NCBI GenBank assembly: GCA_045651725.1
Contig: JAZRSX010000002.1
Location: 136 to 64,135 of the forward strand
DNA length: 64,000 nucleotides
Origin: Christensenellaceae bacterium
GTDB lineage: Bacteria > Bacillota > Clostridia > Christensenellales > Borkfalkiaceae
Direction: 5' to 3'
Shown here: one piece after another, positions 9,487 through 19,590 of the stretch
Layout of the letters: each line of letters opens with the position of its first letter
Position numbering within the stretch: position 1 is the first letter of the stretch
The notes under the pieces: model-generated
Seen by the model: the letters and a program-made list of their open reading frames with translations, nothing else
What the model was told of the DNA's origin: nothing
The model's database searches: none
Position numbers and translations under genes: made by a program

Positions 9487-10416
9487 TTATAAATCCAAGC
9501 CCGTTACAGGCGATACCCCTAAAACGTAGTTTAAACACTCTATTGCCGCACCCGACGCGCCTTTTCCAAGGTTATCGTATCTTGCTTGCAATATAATTCT
9601 ATCTTCGCTACCATATACGGATATTTCCATACAGTCTTTTCCGCTATACGCACCGCTAGACATAAATCCGCTTTCGTCGTTTTCTTTATAAAATACTATT
9701 TTGCTGTTATATAAGTCTTTATACGCGTTTACTACGTCTTCTTTTTTAGCGCCGTTAAGCAAATCTTTTTTAAATAACGGCACGCTTACGTGCATACCGC
9801 TATAAAAATCGCCAACGATAGGCAAAAACGCAGGACTGTTAGTTAATCCCGAAACGTAAGACATTTCTTTTAAGTGCTTGTGCGTTTGACCTAGCGCGTA
9901 TTGACGTGGATATTCGTAAAGCGCCAACTTATTTTCTTGCTCGTATTCGGCAATCATTTTTTTACCGCCACCGCTGTATCCCGTAACCGAAGTGCAAGAA
10001 AGCAATGCGTCTTTTGAAATTATGCCTTTATCTATAAGCGGTTTTACTAACGCTATAAATCCACTTGCGTGGCAACCGGGCACTGCTATTTTTTTTGCCG
10101 TTTTTACCACGGTTTCAAAGTCTTTTATTAGTTCGGGAAATCCGTAAATCCAACCGCTTTCCGTACGGTGCGCCGTTGACGTGTCAATAATTACCGTGTT
10201 TTTATTTTCTAAAAACGATACGGACTCTCTTGACGCGTCGTCGGGCAAGCACAAAAACGTTACGTCACTTTCATTTATTGCCTTTTTTCTTGCCGTTGGG
10301 CATTTTCTTTCACTTTCGGATAAAGAAATTAAGACAACGTCGTTTCTAGCCTCTAACCTTTCGTATATGCGTAACCCCGTTGTTCCCGCGCTTCCATCAA
10401 TAAATATTTTTTTCAT
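9487..10416 (-). CDS. argC: N-acetyl-gamma-glutamyl-phosphate reductase (short type-2 form)
   Basis: IDGSAGTTGLRI and PGCHASG active site. The ORF track starts at GTG 10422; ATG at 10416 (MKKIFIDG) is preferred. Confidence 0.9.
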   Translation of the reverse strand: MKKIFIDGSAGTTGLRIYERLEARNDVVLISLSESERKCPTARKKAINESDVTFLCLPDDASRESVSFLENKNTVIIDTSTAHRTESGWIYGFPELIKDFETVVKTAKKIAVPGCHASGFIALVKPLIDKGIISKDALLSCTSVTGYSGGGKKMIAEYEQENKLALYEYPRQYALGQTHKHLKEMSYVSGLTNSPAFLPIVGDFYSGMHVSVPLFKKDLLNGAKKEDVVNAYKDLYNSKIVFYKENDESGFMSSGAYSGKDCMEISVYGSEDRIILQARYDNLGKGASGAAIECLNYVLGVSPVTGLDL

Positions 10417-10540
10417 ACACACTTTCTTATTTTAACAAAATCTATTCTTTTAAAAATTATTAACGCTTGGTTGCGAATAAACGGTTAAAACGGGCAACTT
10501 TTCCACGCTTTTTTAAACGCAACCTAGCGTTTGATTGTTT

Positions 10541-11764
10541 TTATTTCTTTAATTTTTCATTTACTTGCGCTTGAACTTTAATTGGCAAGCCGAACAAGTT
10601 GATAAATCCCGTAGCGTCGGCTTGGTTGTATACGTTGTCTTCACCGAAAGTTGCATATTCTTCCGAATAAAGTGAGTAATCACTCCAAGCGCCCGCTTTT
10701 ATTATATTGCCTTTGTATAATTTTAATTTAACTTTACCCGTAACGGTTTCTTGAGTTTTGTCTACGAAAGCGCTTAAAGCTTCGCGAAGTGGCGTAAACC
10801 ATTGACCGTTGTATACAAGTTCAGCAAAGCATACCGACAATTCTTGTTTTTTATGAGCCGTCATTTTATCTAAACAAAGAGTTTCTAAATAGTTGTGAGC
10901 AAAGTATAAAATTTCACCGCCTGGGGTTTCGTATACACCGCGACATTTCATACCAACCAACCTATTTTCAACTATGTCTAATAATCCTATGCCGTTTGCA
11001 CCGCCGATTTTATTGAGTTGTAAAATAATTTCTTTTGCAGACATCTTTTCGTCGTTTAACGCAACGGGCACGCCCTTTTCAAAATCTAACGTAACGTAAG
11101 TTGGTTTGTCTGGCGCTTGTAATGGCGAAACACTCATTTCTAAAAAGCCTTGCTTTTCGTATTGTGGTTCGTTGCCTGCGTCTTCTAAATCTAAACCTTC
11201 GTGAGATAAGTGCCAAAGGTTTTTATCTTTACTGTAATTTGTTTCACGATTGATTTTTAAAGGTACGTTGTGCTTTTCTGCGTAATCAATTTCTTCTTCA
11301 CGACTCTTAATAGTCCATTCACGCCAAGGCGCAATAATTTGCATATCCGGTGCAAAAGCCTTTATTGCAAGTTCAAAACGCACTTGGTCGTTACCTTTAC
11401 CCGTACAGCCGTGACAAATAGCATCCGCGCCTTCTTTCTTTGCAATTTCTACGATACGTTTTGCAATGATAGGACGAGCAAATGAAGTTCCAAGCATATA
11501 TTCTTCGTATTTTGCGCCTGCCTTAACGGTAGGTATAATGTATTCGTCAACGAATTCGTCGGTTATATCTTCAACGTAAAGTTTAGACGCGCCCGTTTTT
11601 AAAGCCTTTTCTTCTAAACCGTCAAGTTCGTCGGCTTGACCAACGTTACCCGATACTGCGATAACTTCACAGTTATTGTAATTTTCTTTAAGCCAAGGTA
11701 TTATAATAGACGTGTCAAGCCCGCCAGAATATGCTAAAACAACTTTTTTAATTTCTTTTTTCAT
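10541..11764 (-). CDS. argG: Argininosuccinate synthase
   Basis: AYSGGLDTS, and family similarity over the full length. Confidence 0.95.
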   Translation of the reverse strand: MKKEIKKVVLAYSGGLDTSIIIPWLKENYNNCEVIAVSGNVGQADELDGLEEKALKTGASKLYVEDITDEFVDEYIIPTVKAGAKYEEYMLGTSFARPIIAKRIVEIAKKEGADAICHGCTGKGNDQVRFELAIKAFAPDMQIIAPWREWTIKSREEEIDYAEKHNVPLKINRETNYSKDKNLWHLSHEGLDLEDAGNEPQYEKQGFLEMSVSPLQAPDKPTYVTLDFEKGVPVALNDEKMSAKEIILQLNKIGGANGIGLLDIVENRLVGMKCRGVYETPGGEILYFAHNYLETLCLDKMTAHKKQELSVCFAELVYNGQWFTPLREALSAFVDKTQETVTGKVKLKLYKGNIIKAGAWSDYSLYSEEYATFGEDNVYNQADATGFINLFGLPIKVQAQVNEKLKK

Positions 11765-11808
11765 AAATATATCTCCTATATTTCCATTTGAATTTTCGTT
11801 ATAAACTA

Positions 11809-11837
11809 ATATTAATACTTTACGATTTTTTTGTCAA
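11809..11837 (-). promoter_or_regulatory. SigA-type promoter of the arg operon
   Basis: Minus strand TTGACA-17 nt-TAATAT, about 45 nt upstream of the argG ATG. Confidence 0.6.
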
Positions 11838-11854
11838 CGATTTAAACGCACTTT

Positions 11855-11892
11855 TATGAATATTTATTTAAAATTTTGCATTAAAATTAACT
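11855..11892 (-). promoter_or_regulatory. Tandem ARG-box-like operators (ArgR/AhrC type)
   Basis: TATGAATATTTATTTAAA (11855-11872) and TTTGCATTAAAATTAACT (11875-11892), compared with TNTGAATWWWWATTCANW. The 18-mers are separated by 2 bp. More TGCATAAAAT-like half-sites extend to about 11950. Confidence 0.45.
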
Positions 11893-12004
11893 TTTTATTT
11901 ATTTTATGCAAGTTTTAGTGAATATTATTACATTTTATGCAAATTTTACTCATAACAAAAACGAGCGCTATAAATTTTAGAAGCGTCAAACGATTTTTTT
12001 AAGC

Positions 12005-12041
12005 AAAAAAAGATAGCAAATTTCATTTTGCTATCTTTTTT
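12005..12041 (-). terminator. Bidirectional terminator downstream of hisIE
   Basis: AAGATAGCAAA-tttcat-TTTGCTATCTT with flanking A/T runs. Confidence 0.8.
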
Positions 12042-12057
12042 AATATTTAATTTATTA

Positions 12058-12708
12058 TTATTTAGTCATTTTTTCTTGCTTTACTTTGTGGTCGATAACG
12101 TGGCGCGACGCTAGTTCGCTTTTAACGTCTTCAACGGATATTCCCATTTCTACCATTAAAACCATAACGTGATAGCAAAGGTCTGCTATTTCGTAAATAG
12201 TTTCTTTTTTATCGTTTGCCTTGCCCGCAATTATAACTTCCGTGGACTCTTCGCCAACCTTTTTTAATATTTTATCTATGCCCTTTTCAAAAAGATAAGT
12301 AGTGTAAGAGTTTTCGGGTAAAGTGTTTTTTCTATCTTGTAATAAACCGTATAAGCCGTTTAAAGAAAATTCAGTTTTTTCTTCGGATATAAACAACTTG
12401 TCGTTAAAGCAAGAGTCCGTACCCAAATGACAAGCGGGGCCGTCTTTTTGAACGACGACTACAAGCGCGTCTCTATCGCAATCTGCCGTAATAGAAACGA
12501 CGTGTTGATAGTTTCCACTTGTTTCGCCCTTTAACCATAATTCGTTTCTTGAACGACTGTAAAAACAAGTCTTTTTTTCTTTAAGAGTTATTTTTAAACT
12601 CTCTTCGTTCATATAAGCAAGCGTTAACACGTTTTTGCTAAATGCGTCAACCACTATTGCGGGAATTAACCCCTTTTCATCAAATTTTAAGTCTTTAATT
12701 TCTAACAT
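12058..12708 (-). CDS. hisI: Bifunctional phosphoribosyl-AMP cyclohydrolase / phosphoribosyl-ATP pyrophosphatase
   Basis: HisI N-domain (cyclohydrolase, Cys-rich DCDRD...CH) and HisE C-domain (TTYLFEKGIDKILKKVGEE). Confidence 0.92.
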   Translation of the reverse strand: MLEIKDLKFDEKGLIPAIVVDAFSKNVLTLAYMNEESLKITLKEKKTCFYSRSRNELWLKGETSGNYQHVVSITADCDRDALVVVVQKDGPACHLGTDSCFNDKLFISEEKTEFSLNGLYGLLQDRKNTLPENSYTTYLFEKGIDKILKKVGEESTEVIIAGKANDKKETIYEIADLCYHVMVLMVEMGISVEDVKSELASRHVIDHKVKQEKMTK

Positions 12709-12716
12709 AATCGTTC

Positions 12717-13472
12717 CTACCTAACGTTTATTTTTTCTTTTTTAAGTTGATTTTTTAAATTGCTAATACTAACTTCGCCAAAATGGAATATCGATGCGGC
12801 AAGACCTGCGTCTATCGTTGGAATTTCTTTAAAAAGAGTTACGAAATCTTGAATACTACCTGCACCGCCCGACGCTATTACGGGCACGTTTACGATTGAA
12901 CAAACTTCTTTTAATAACGGCAAGTCAAAGCCCTTTTTAACGCCGTCGGTATCAATAGAGTTTACTACTACTTCGCCCGCGCCGTTATCAACGCACCTTT
13001 TTATCCAACTTAACGCTTCTATACCCGTATTTTCTCTACCACCTTTTGAAAACACGGTATACTTTCCGTCTACCCTTTTTACGTCAACCGAAATAACCAC
13101 GCATTGATTTCCGTATTTTAACGCGCCTTGCTTAATAAGGTCGGGGTTTTTGATTGCGCCCGAATTGACGCTTACTTTATCCGCACCGCATTTAAGCACC
13201 CTGTCAAAATCTTCTATCGTGTTTATACCGCCACCAACGGTTAGTGGTATAAATACGTTTTTTGCAACTTCCGTCAACACTTCGGTAAACAACTTTCTTC
13301 CGTCACTACTTGCGGTTATATCGTAAAAAACTAATTCGTCCGCACCGCAACTACTATAATACTTTCCTAGTTCTATGGGCGAATTTACGTCTTTTAAATT
13401 GTCAAAATTAACGCCTTTAACGACTTTTCCGTCCTTTACGTCTAGGCAAGGGATAATTCTTTTAGTAATCAT
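12717..13472 (-). CDS. hisF: Imidazole glycerol phosphate synthase cyclase subunit
   Basis: RIIPCLDVKDGKVVKG..., typical HisF. Confidence 0.95.
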   Translation of the reverse strand: MITKRIIPCLDVKDGKVVKGVNFDNLKDVNSPIELGKYYSSCGADELVFYDITASSDGRKLFTEVLTEVAKNVFIPLTVGGGINTIEDFDRVLKCGADKVSVNSGAIKNPDLIKQGALKYGNQCVVISVDVKRVDGKYTVFSKGGRENTGIEALSWIKRCVDNGAGEVVVNSIDTDGVKKGFDLPLLKEVCSIVNVPVIASGGAGSIQDFVTLFKEIPTIDAGLAASIFHFGEVSISNLKNQLKKEKINVR

Positions 13473-14182
13473 TTTACCGCCTCCAAAGCGTCTTTTAAGT
13501 TTATTGAGCCTATATAGTATGCTTTGCCGATAATTGCGCCGTATAAGTTAAGGTCTTTAAGCGCCAAAATATCGTCGATTGTAGAAACCCCGCCCGACGC
13601 CGTAACGTCAAGCGAAAACTTGCTTGATAGTTCTTTATACAACTTTCTATTAGTGCCTTGCATTGCGCCGTCTTTAGACACGTCGGTACAAATTATATTT
13701 TTTACGCCGTAGTCTTGCATCAACTTGCAAAACTCATAACAGTTATAAGTTGACTTTTCTTCCCACCCTTTAATGGCAACAAAACCGTCTTTTACGTCTA
13801 CGCCAACGGCTATTTTATCGCCGTAAAGACTTAACGCTTGTTTTAAAAACTCTTGGTCTGTAACGGCAGAAGTTCCTAAAATTACGCGATTAACGCCACA
13901 GTCAAGATACTTTTTAACCGTTTCTAAACTTCTAATACCGCCACCTATTTCTATAAATAAGTTGGTGTTTTGCGCTATTTGTTTAACGACTTCTATATTA
14001 GGCGTAGTGCCAAATTTTGCACCTTCTAAATCGACAAGGTGAATACAAGTTGCCCCCGCATTTTCAAAGTCTTTTGCAACTTCAAGGGGGTTTTCGCTAT
14101 ACACCGTCATCTTAGAATAGTCGCCTTTATATAGCCTTACCGCTTTTTTATCATATAAATCTATTGCAGGAAAAATTAGCAT
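13469..14182 (-). CDS. hisA: ProFAR isomerase
   Basis: IFPAIDLYDKKAVRLYKGDY...; 4-nt overlap with hisF. Confidence 0.93.
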   Translation of the reverse strand: MLIFPAIDLYDKKAVRLYKGDYSKMTVYSENPLEVAKDFENAGATCIHLVDLEGAKFGTTPNIEVVKQIAQNTNLFIEIGGGIRSLETVKKYLDCGVNRVILGTSAVTDQEFLKQALSLYGDKIAVGVDVKDGFVAIKGWEEKSTYNCYEFCKLMQDYGVKNIICTDVSKDGAMQGTNRKLYKELSSKFSLDVTASGGVSTIDDILALKDLNLYGAIIGKAYYIGSINLKDALEAVK

Positions 14183-14197
14183 AATATACCTTTAATA

Positions 14198-14800
14198 CTA
14201 TATTTCGGCAAACGCCTTTAAAATTTTTAAGCCGACGTCTCCGCTTTTTTCGGGGTGAAATTGACAACCGTATACGTTTTTATACTGCACTATTGCCGTA
14301 AGTTCTTTGCCGTATTCCGTAGTTGCAACAAGTGAGTTTTGACAGTCTATCGCGTGATACGAATGCACGAAATAAACGTAGTCGTTTTGGCTAATATACT
14401 TTAAAATAGGGCTTTGTTTTTTAACGTTTAAAACGTTCCAACCTATGTGCGGAATTTTGTATTCGCTAGGTAAATCTATTTTAACGACCTTGCCTTTTAT
14501 AAGCCCAAGCCCATTATATTCGCCGTATTCGTAACTTTTTTCAAAAAGCATTTGCATGCCAAGACACACCCCCAAAAGCGGTTTGGCCTTTTCAACTTCT
14601 TCTATAACTACGCTGTCAAGCCCACTTTCTTGTAGTTTTTTTCTAGCGTCGCCAAACGCGCCGACACCTGGTAAAATTAGTTTGTCGGCTTTTTTAATAG
14701 TTTCAACGTCACTAGTAATAACTACTTCTTGTCCTATTGCCTTAAAAGACGAAGTTAAAGAAAACAAGTTACCAACGCCGTAATCAATTATTGCAATCAT
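14198..14800 (-). CDS. hisH: Imidazole glycerol phosphate synthase glutaminase subunit
   Basis: IAIIDYGVGN, GVCLGMQ and the HSY...QFHPEKS triad context. Confidence 0.94.
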   Translation of the reverse strand: MIAIIDYGVGNLFSLTSSFKAIGQEVVITSDVETIKKADKLILPGVGAFGDARKKLQESGLDSVVIEEVEKAKPLLGVCLGMQMLFEKSYEYGEYNGLGLIKGKVVKIDLPSEYKIPHIGWNVLNVKKQSPILKYISQNDYVYFVHSYHAIDCQNSLVATTEYGKELTAIVQYKNVYGCQFHPEKSGDVGLKILKAFAEI

Positions 14801-15387
14801 TACAAAACCCCTTTCGTTGAAGGTATTTCGCTTGCAAAATCTTTGTCGATAGCAACCGCACTTTTTAAAGAACGAGCAAACGACTTAAACGTTCCTTCTA
14901 CGATATGGTGCGCGTTTGTTCCTGCCATTTTTACAACGTGAAGCGTTATACCGGCGTGGCGAACGAACGCCAAGAAAAATTCTTCTACAAGTTCAACGGG
15001 AAAGTCGCCTATTTTACTTGCCCTTATAGGCAAATCTAACTTTAAATAACTTCTATTTGATATATCTATGGCGGTTAAAATTAAACTTTCGTCCATAGGT
15101 AAAATAGTCGTGCCGTATCTAACTATGCCTTTCATATCGCCAAGCGCTTTTTTTACGGCTTGACCTAAAACTATGCCAACGTCTTCAACGGTGTGGTGAT
15201 AATCTACGTTAATATCGCCTTTGCAAGTAACTTTTAAGTCAAATCTTGCGTGGCGCGAAAATAGTTCAAGCATATGATCAAAAAAACCACAGCCCGTATT
15301 TATATTGCTTTCGCCTTTTCCGTCTAAATTTATCGTAAGGCTAATATCCGTTTCCTTCGTCTTTCTATTTATAGTTATCTCTCTCAT
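14800..15387 (-). CDS. hisB: Imidazoleglycerol-phosphate dehydratase
   Basis: RKTKETDI..., FFDHML and DYHHTVEDVGI motifs. Confidence 0.95.
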   Translation of the reverse strand: MREITINRKTKETDISLTINLDGKGESNINTGCGFFDHMLELFSRHARFDLKVTCKGDINVDYHHTVEDVGIVLGQAVKKALGDMKGIVRYGTTILPMDESLILTAIDISNRSYLKLDLPIRASKIGDFPVELVEEFFLAFVRHAGITLHVVKMAGTNAHHIVEGTFKSFARSLKSAVAIDKDFASEIPSTKGVL

Positions 15388-16445
15388 TTTAGTTCTCCTA
15401 AAATATTTTTGATTTTTTCTATAAAGATTTGCATTTCAACCTTGCTTCCTATCGTAATGCGGATAAAATCTTTAATTCTATCCTTTTTAAAATGCCTAAT
15501 TAAAACGCCTTGTTCTTTAAGTTTTAAGTAAAGAGTTTCGCCGTCAATTTTATCGCTTTTTGCAAATATAAAGTTGGCTTTGGACGGTAAAACCGTAAAA
15601 CCAAGTTTAGTAAGTTCGCAAGTTGTAAACTCTCTATTTTGGCAAATCGTTTTTGCGTTTTCCATATAATAATCGTTGTCTATAAGTGCTTGCGTACCCG
15701 CAATTTGAGTTAACGTGTTGATATTATACGGATTTGTTGAATATTTGATTTTTTCTAAATCTAAAATAATATTTTCGCTTGCTATTGCAAAACCAAGCCT
15801 TGCACCTGCCATACTTCTTGACTTTGAAAACGTGTATACGCAAACCAAATTGTCGTATTTTTCAGACAAATACGAAACGTTTGTTCCGCCAAAATCAACG
15901 TAGGCTTGGTCTACTACTACGATATTGTTTTTGTTGGTTGTTAAAATTTCTTCTAACTCACTAACGGTTATTTCCATACCAGTCGGCGCGTTAGGGCTTG
16001 CAATAACTATAAGTTTATTTTGATTGCAAAATGCCTTATAGTCAAGCGAAAAGTCTTGTTTTAGCGGTATAACCGTACTTTTAATTCCGTAAAGGTCGGC
16101 AAATACCGAATAAAAGCCGTAAGTTATATCGGCGTAAACTGCACCGTTTTCAGCGTATGCCATAAATATAAAGTTTAAAATTTCGTCAGAGCCGTTGCCT
16201 AAAAATACGTTTTTGCTTTTAACGTTATAAACTTTGGCAACGCTTTCTTTTAAAACCTTGCAAGTTGGGTCGCAATAAAGCCTTAACGACTTAACCGCTT
16301 GTTCGTTTACGGCTTTTATAACGCCGTCACTAGGCGCAAACGGTGATTCGTTAGTGTTTAATTTTATATATTTTTTATCTTGTGGCTGTTCGCCCGGCGT
16401 ATATGCCGTCAATTTTGATATATTATCGTTAAGAAATTTACTCAT
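15384..16445 (-). CDS. hisC: Histidinol-phosphate aminotransferase
   Basis: Class-II aminotransferase (LNTNESP, YTFSKS) in his operon context. Confidence 0.92.
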   Translation of the reverse strand: MSKFLNDNISKLTAYTPGEQPQDKKYIKLNTNESPFAPSDGVIKAVNEQAVKSLRLYCDPTCKVLKESVAKVYNVKSKNVFLGNGSDEILNFIFMAYAENGAVYADITYGFYSVFADLYGIKSTVIPLKQDFSLDYKAFCNQNKLIVIASPNAPTGMEITVSELEEILTTNKNNIVVVDQAYVDFGGTNVSYLSEKYDNLVCVYTFSKSRSMAGARLGFAIASENIILDLEKIKYSTNPYNINTLTQIAGTQALIDNDYYMENAKTICQNREFTTCELTKLGFTVLPSKANFIFAKSDKIDGETLYLKLKEQGVLIRHFKKDRIKDFIRITIGSKVEMQIFIEKIKNILGELK

Positions 16446-17719
16446 TTTAATTCTTCAAACCTTACTTTTATACTGTTGCCGTGCGCGTCTAAACCTTCTT
16501 TGCTAGCAAAATACACAACGTCTTTATAAACTTCTTTTAAAGCCGTTTCGGTGTAATAGGTGTATTGCGTTTTTTTGATAAAATCGTCTACCGATAACGG
16601 ACTAGAAAACCTTGCCGTTCCAGAAGTTGGCAAAGTGTGGTTAGTGCCTGCATAATAATCGCCAAGCGCTTCGGGGCAAAACCTACCCATAAAGATACTG
16701 CCCGCATTTGTTATTTTTTCTAAATAGTCAAACGGGTTGTCTACCATCAACTCTAAATGCTCTGGGGCAATTTTGTTGCTTACGCTTATAACGTCTTCTA
16801 AATTTTTAGCAACGATAATTTTTCCGTTAGTTTCTATTGACGCTCTTGCAATTTCGCACCTAGGCAAAATTTTAAGTTGCTCTTCAATTTCATTTTGAAC
16901 TTTAAGCGCTAATTCGTTGCTATTCGTTACTAAAACGGCGCTTGCCATTTTGTCGTGTTCGGCTTGAGATAAAAGGTCGCTTGCAACGTGTTTTGCGTTA
17001 GACTTTTCGTCGGCAATTATTAAAATTTCGCTTGGACCTGCAATCATATCTATATTGACTTTTCCAAACACTTGCCTTTTTGCTTCGGCAACGAAAGCGT
17101 TACCTGGACCGACTATTTTGTCGACTTTATCTATCGTTTTCGTTCCAAAAGCCAACGCGCCGATTGCTTGCGCTCCGCCGACTTTATAAACCCTGTCTAC
17201 CCCCGCAATTTTAGCGGCAACTAAAATATTAGGGTTAATTTTGCCTTGACTGTTAGGGGGCGTAGTTATTGCAATTTGCTTGCAACCTGCAATTTTAGCG
17301 GGTATGCTATCCATTAAAACGGTTGACGGATAAACCGCCGTACCGCCGGGGACGTAAAGCCCAACCTTTTCGATAGGCGTTATTTTTTGACCTATTACCG
17401 CGCCGTTTTCCCTTTTAATTTCAAAACCTTGCCTAACTTGTTTTAAGTGAAACTCTTTAATGTTTTGGCTTGCTTTTTCTAATATTTCTATAAACTTTTT
17501 ATCTACTAACGAAAACGCTTCTTCAAATTCTTCTTGGCTAACTAAAAGGCTAGATAAGTCGCACTTATCAAACTTTTTAGCGTAGCGGTAAAGCGCGTCG
17601 TCGCCGTTAGTTATTACGTCGTTTAAAATTTCTTTAACTATATCTTCAACGTTTACGCTAGTTTCTTCCCTTTTAAAGACGTCTTCTTTAAGTTTAGAAT
17701 AATCTAAAATTTTAATCAT
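16442..17719 (-). CDS. hisD: Histidinol dehydrogenase
   Basis: QAEHD and PEHLEL motifs. The preferred start is ATG 17719 (GAGG 9 nt upstream), overlapping the hisZG stop as ATGATTAA. The ORF track extends to 17758. Confidence 0.93.
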   Translation of the reverse strand: MIKILDYSKLKEDVFKREETSVNVEDIVKEILNDVITNGDDALYRYAKKFDKCDLSSLLVSQEEFEEAFSLVDKKFIEILEKASQNIKEFHLKQVRQGFEIKRENGAVIGQKITPIEKVGLYVPGGTAVYPSTVLMDSIPAKIAGCKQIAITTPPNSQGKINPNILVAAKIAGVDRVYKVGGAQAIGALAFGTKTIDKVDKIVGPGNAFVAEAKRQVFGKVNIDMIAGPSEILIIADEKSNAKHVASDLLSQAEHDKMASAVLVTNSNELALKVQNEIEEQLKILPRCEIARASIETNGKIIVAKNLEDVISVSNKIAPEHLELMVDNPFDYLEKITNAGSIFMGRFCPEALGDYYAGTNHTLPTSGTARFSSPLSVDDFIKKTQYTYYTETALKEVYKDVVYFASKEGLDAHGNSIKVRFEELK

Positions 17720-19271
17720 TTTTTTCAACCTCGTTAAACAACCCGTTTTTAATGGCATTAATTTCGTCCGTTTTAAAGCCGTACGAAGTCTTATTCGCTA
17801 TAAGCCTTGCGCTTATAGGCATAATGCTTTCATAGGGTTTTAAGTCGTTTTCTAAAAGAGTTCTTCCCGTTTCAACGATATCTACGATAACGTCGGACAA
17901 GTCAAGAATAGGCGCAAGTTCTATTGAACCGTTTAGGCGGATAATATTGATATCCCTACACTTTTTAGCGTAATAATCGCTTGCAATATTTATAAATTTA
18001 GTTGCAACCCTTAACGTTTTTGTTTCATCGTCTACAAAATCTTTTTTAGTGGCAACCGCCATTTTGCACTTGCCTACGTTAAGGTCTAAAAGTTCGAACA
18101 CGTCGGGCTTGTATTCTAATAAAATATCTTTACCCGCAACGCCGATATCGGCACTGCCACGCTCAACGTATATAGCAACGTCAGACGGCTTAACCCAAAA
18201 GAATTTTAACTTCTTTTCTTTGTTTTCAAATATAAGTTTTCTATTAGTTTCTTTAATTGAAGGACAGTCAAACCCAGCGTTTTCAAACATCTTATAAACC
18301 TTTTCGCCAAGCCTACCTTTTGGTAATGCTATCTTAATAAAATCGTCGGTTTTAACAGAGTCTTCGTTAAGCCTTTCAAACTCGTCAAGATAAACGGCAA
18401 AACCTATTGCGCCCGCTTTTCTGTTCATCTTTTTCATAAGGTTATCGTATTCACCGCCAGATATAACCTTTTGAGAAATACCGCTTATAAACCCTTTAAA
18501 AACTATACCGCTATAATAACTGTTAAAGTCAATTATAGAAAAATCTACGCTAACGTTTTGTTTAAAGCCAAGTTTTATAAGTTCGTTGCAAACGTTTTTA
18601 AAATTATTAAAAATAGACTTGCTTTGTTTAGAAATTACTACGCTTTCTATTGCGGTTAAAGTTTCTTCTATTGAACAAAAATTATTTACAAGCACTTTTA
18701 CGGCGTTATATTGCTCGTCGTTTAAAACGCCCTTTAAACACTCTATATTTTTTTGAGTTATTGCAGTTATTGACGTTTCAAGCAAAGATTTTTCAATTTT
18801 ATAGTCGCTTAATATTGATTTTGCAAGGTCGATATTTGCAATTTGCAATAAATATTCGCTTGAAAAAAGTTGCAAAGTTTTAAGCGCAAGCGCCGTAACT
18901 TCTACAATTTCAAGTTGCGTAATACTACCCATACACTCAACGCCCGATTGCATTATTTCTTTATATGTGTGCGACGCTTGTGAAATTCTGTATACGTTTT
19001 CGTTATAGAAAAACTTTTGAATACCGCTTGCGGTATCTTTAAAATTTTTTATAATTGACAAGGTAACGTCTGGCTTTAACGCTAAAAGTTTGCCGTTAGT
19101 ATCGTTAAAAACTATTACGCCGTCGGATACCAAAAACTCTTTGTTTTTAGAATACAAATCGTATTCTTCAAACTTGTTCATTTTAAACTTTCGATAGCCG
19201 TTGTTTATAAATAATTCTCTTAACTTAAAAACTGATTTTTCTAAATTCGTTAAAATATCTTGGTTAATCAT
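17712..19271 (-). CDS. hisG: Fused HisZ (HisRS-like regulatory subunit) and short-form HisG ATP phosphoribosyltransferase
   Basis: About 305 N-terminal aa are class-II aaRS-like without an anticodon domain (HisZ-like). The roughly 205 C-terminal aa, IKIALPKGRLGEKVYKMFENAG...GSADIGVAGKD...VETGRTL, are short HisG. One uninterrupted 519-aa frame. Confidence 0.85.
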   Translation of the reverse strand: MINQDILTNLEKSVFKLRELFINNGYRKFKMNKFEEYDLYSKNKEFLVSDGVIVFNDTNGKLLALKPDVTLSIIKNFKDTASGIQKFFYNENVYRISQASHTYKEIMQSGVECMGSITQLEIVEVTALALKTLQLFSSEYLLQIANIDLAKSILSDYKIEKSLLETSITAITQKNIECLKGVLNDEQYNAVKVLVNNFCSIEETLTAIESVVISKQSKSIFNNFKNVCNELIKLGFKQNVSVDFSIIDFNSYYSGIVFKGFISGISQKVISGGEYDNLMKKMNRKAGAIGFAVYLDEFERLNEDSVKTDDFIKIALPKGRLGEKVYKMFENAGFDCPSIKETNRKLIFENKEKKLKFFWVKPSDVAIYVERGSADIGVAGKDILLEYKPDVFELLDLNVGKCKMAVATKKDFVDDETKTLRVATKFINIASDYYAKKCRDINIIRLNGSIELAPILDLSDVIVDIVETGRTLLENDLKPYESIMPISARLIANKTSYGFKTDEINAIKNGLFNEVEKND

Positions 19272-19557
19272 TTTTGCTATTAATCCTCTCTATTACCGTA
19301 GAATATCCGCCGTCACCATAGTTAAGGTATTTGCTTACCCTTGATATAGTGGCTGTACTTGCCGTTGTAATTTTATTTACGTCTGAATAACTCATACCCT
19401 GTTTTAATAAAATGGCAACGTCTAACCTTTGTTTTAACGCTTCAAGTTCTTGTATCGTGCATACGTCGTTAAAAAACGCCTCGCATTCGTCTATATTTTC
19501 TAACGAAAGGACTGCTTTATAAAAGTTTTTAAAATCATCTTTATTAACTTTTTTCAT
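19264..19557 (-). CDS. TrpR-like YerC/YecD family regulator; candidate histidine-operon repressor (HisR type)
   Basis: Matches the YerC/YecD pattern F..L.T..E...L..R..V......G.SY.....T..S.ATISRV.....YG. It is the first gene of the his operon and overlaps hisZG by 8 nt (ATGATTAA). Confidence 0.8.
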   Translation of the reverse strand: MKKVNKDDFKNFYKAVLSLENIDECEAFFNDVCTIQELEALKQRLDVAILLKQGMSYSDVNKITTASTATISRVSKYLNYGDGGYSTVIERINSKND

Positions 19558-19590
19558 ATTTTAATTATCCCCTTCACTTACTACTTTTAC

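Noticed and set aside
10462-10531. Long-range inverted repeat AACGCTTGGTTGCG / CGCAACCTAGCGTT in the argG-argC spacer, as an attenuator or riboswitch
   Set aside because: It has a 13/14-bp stem but a 42-nt loop, only a weak U-run and no recognisable riboswitch core. It is most simply an intercistronic stabiliser or partial terminator, with insufficient evidence for more.
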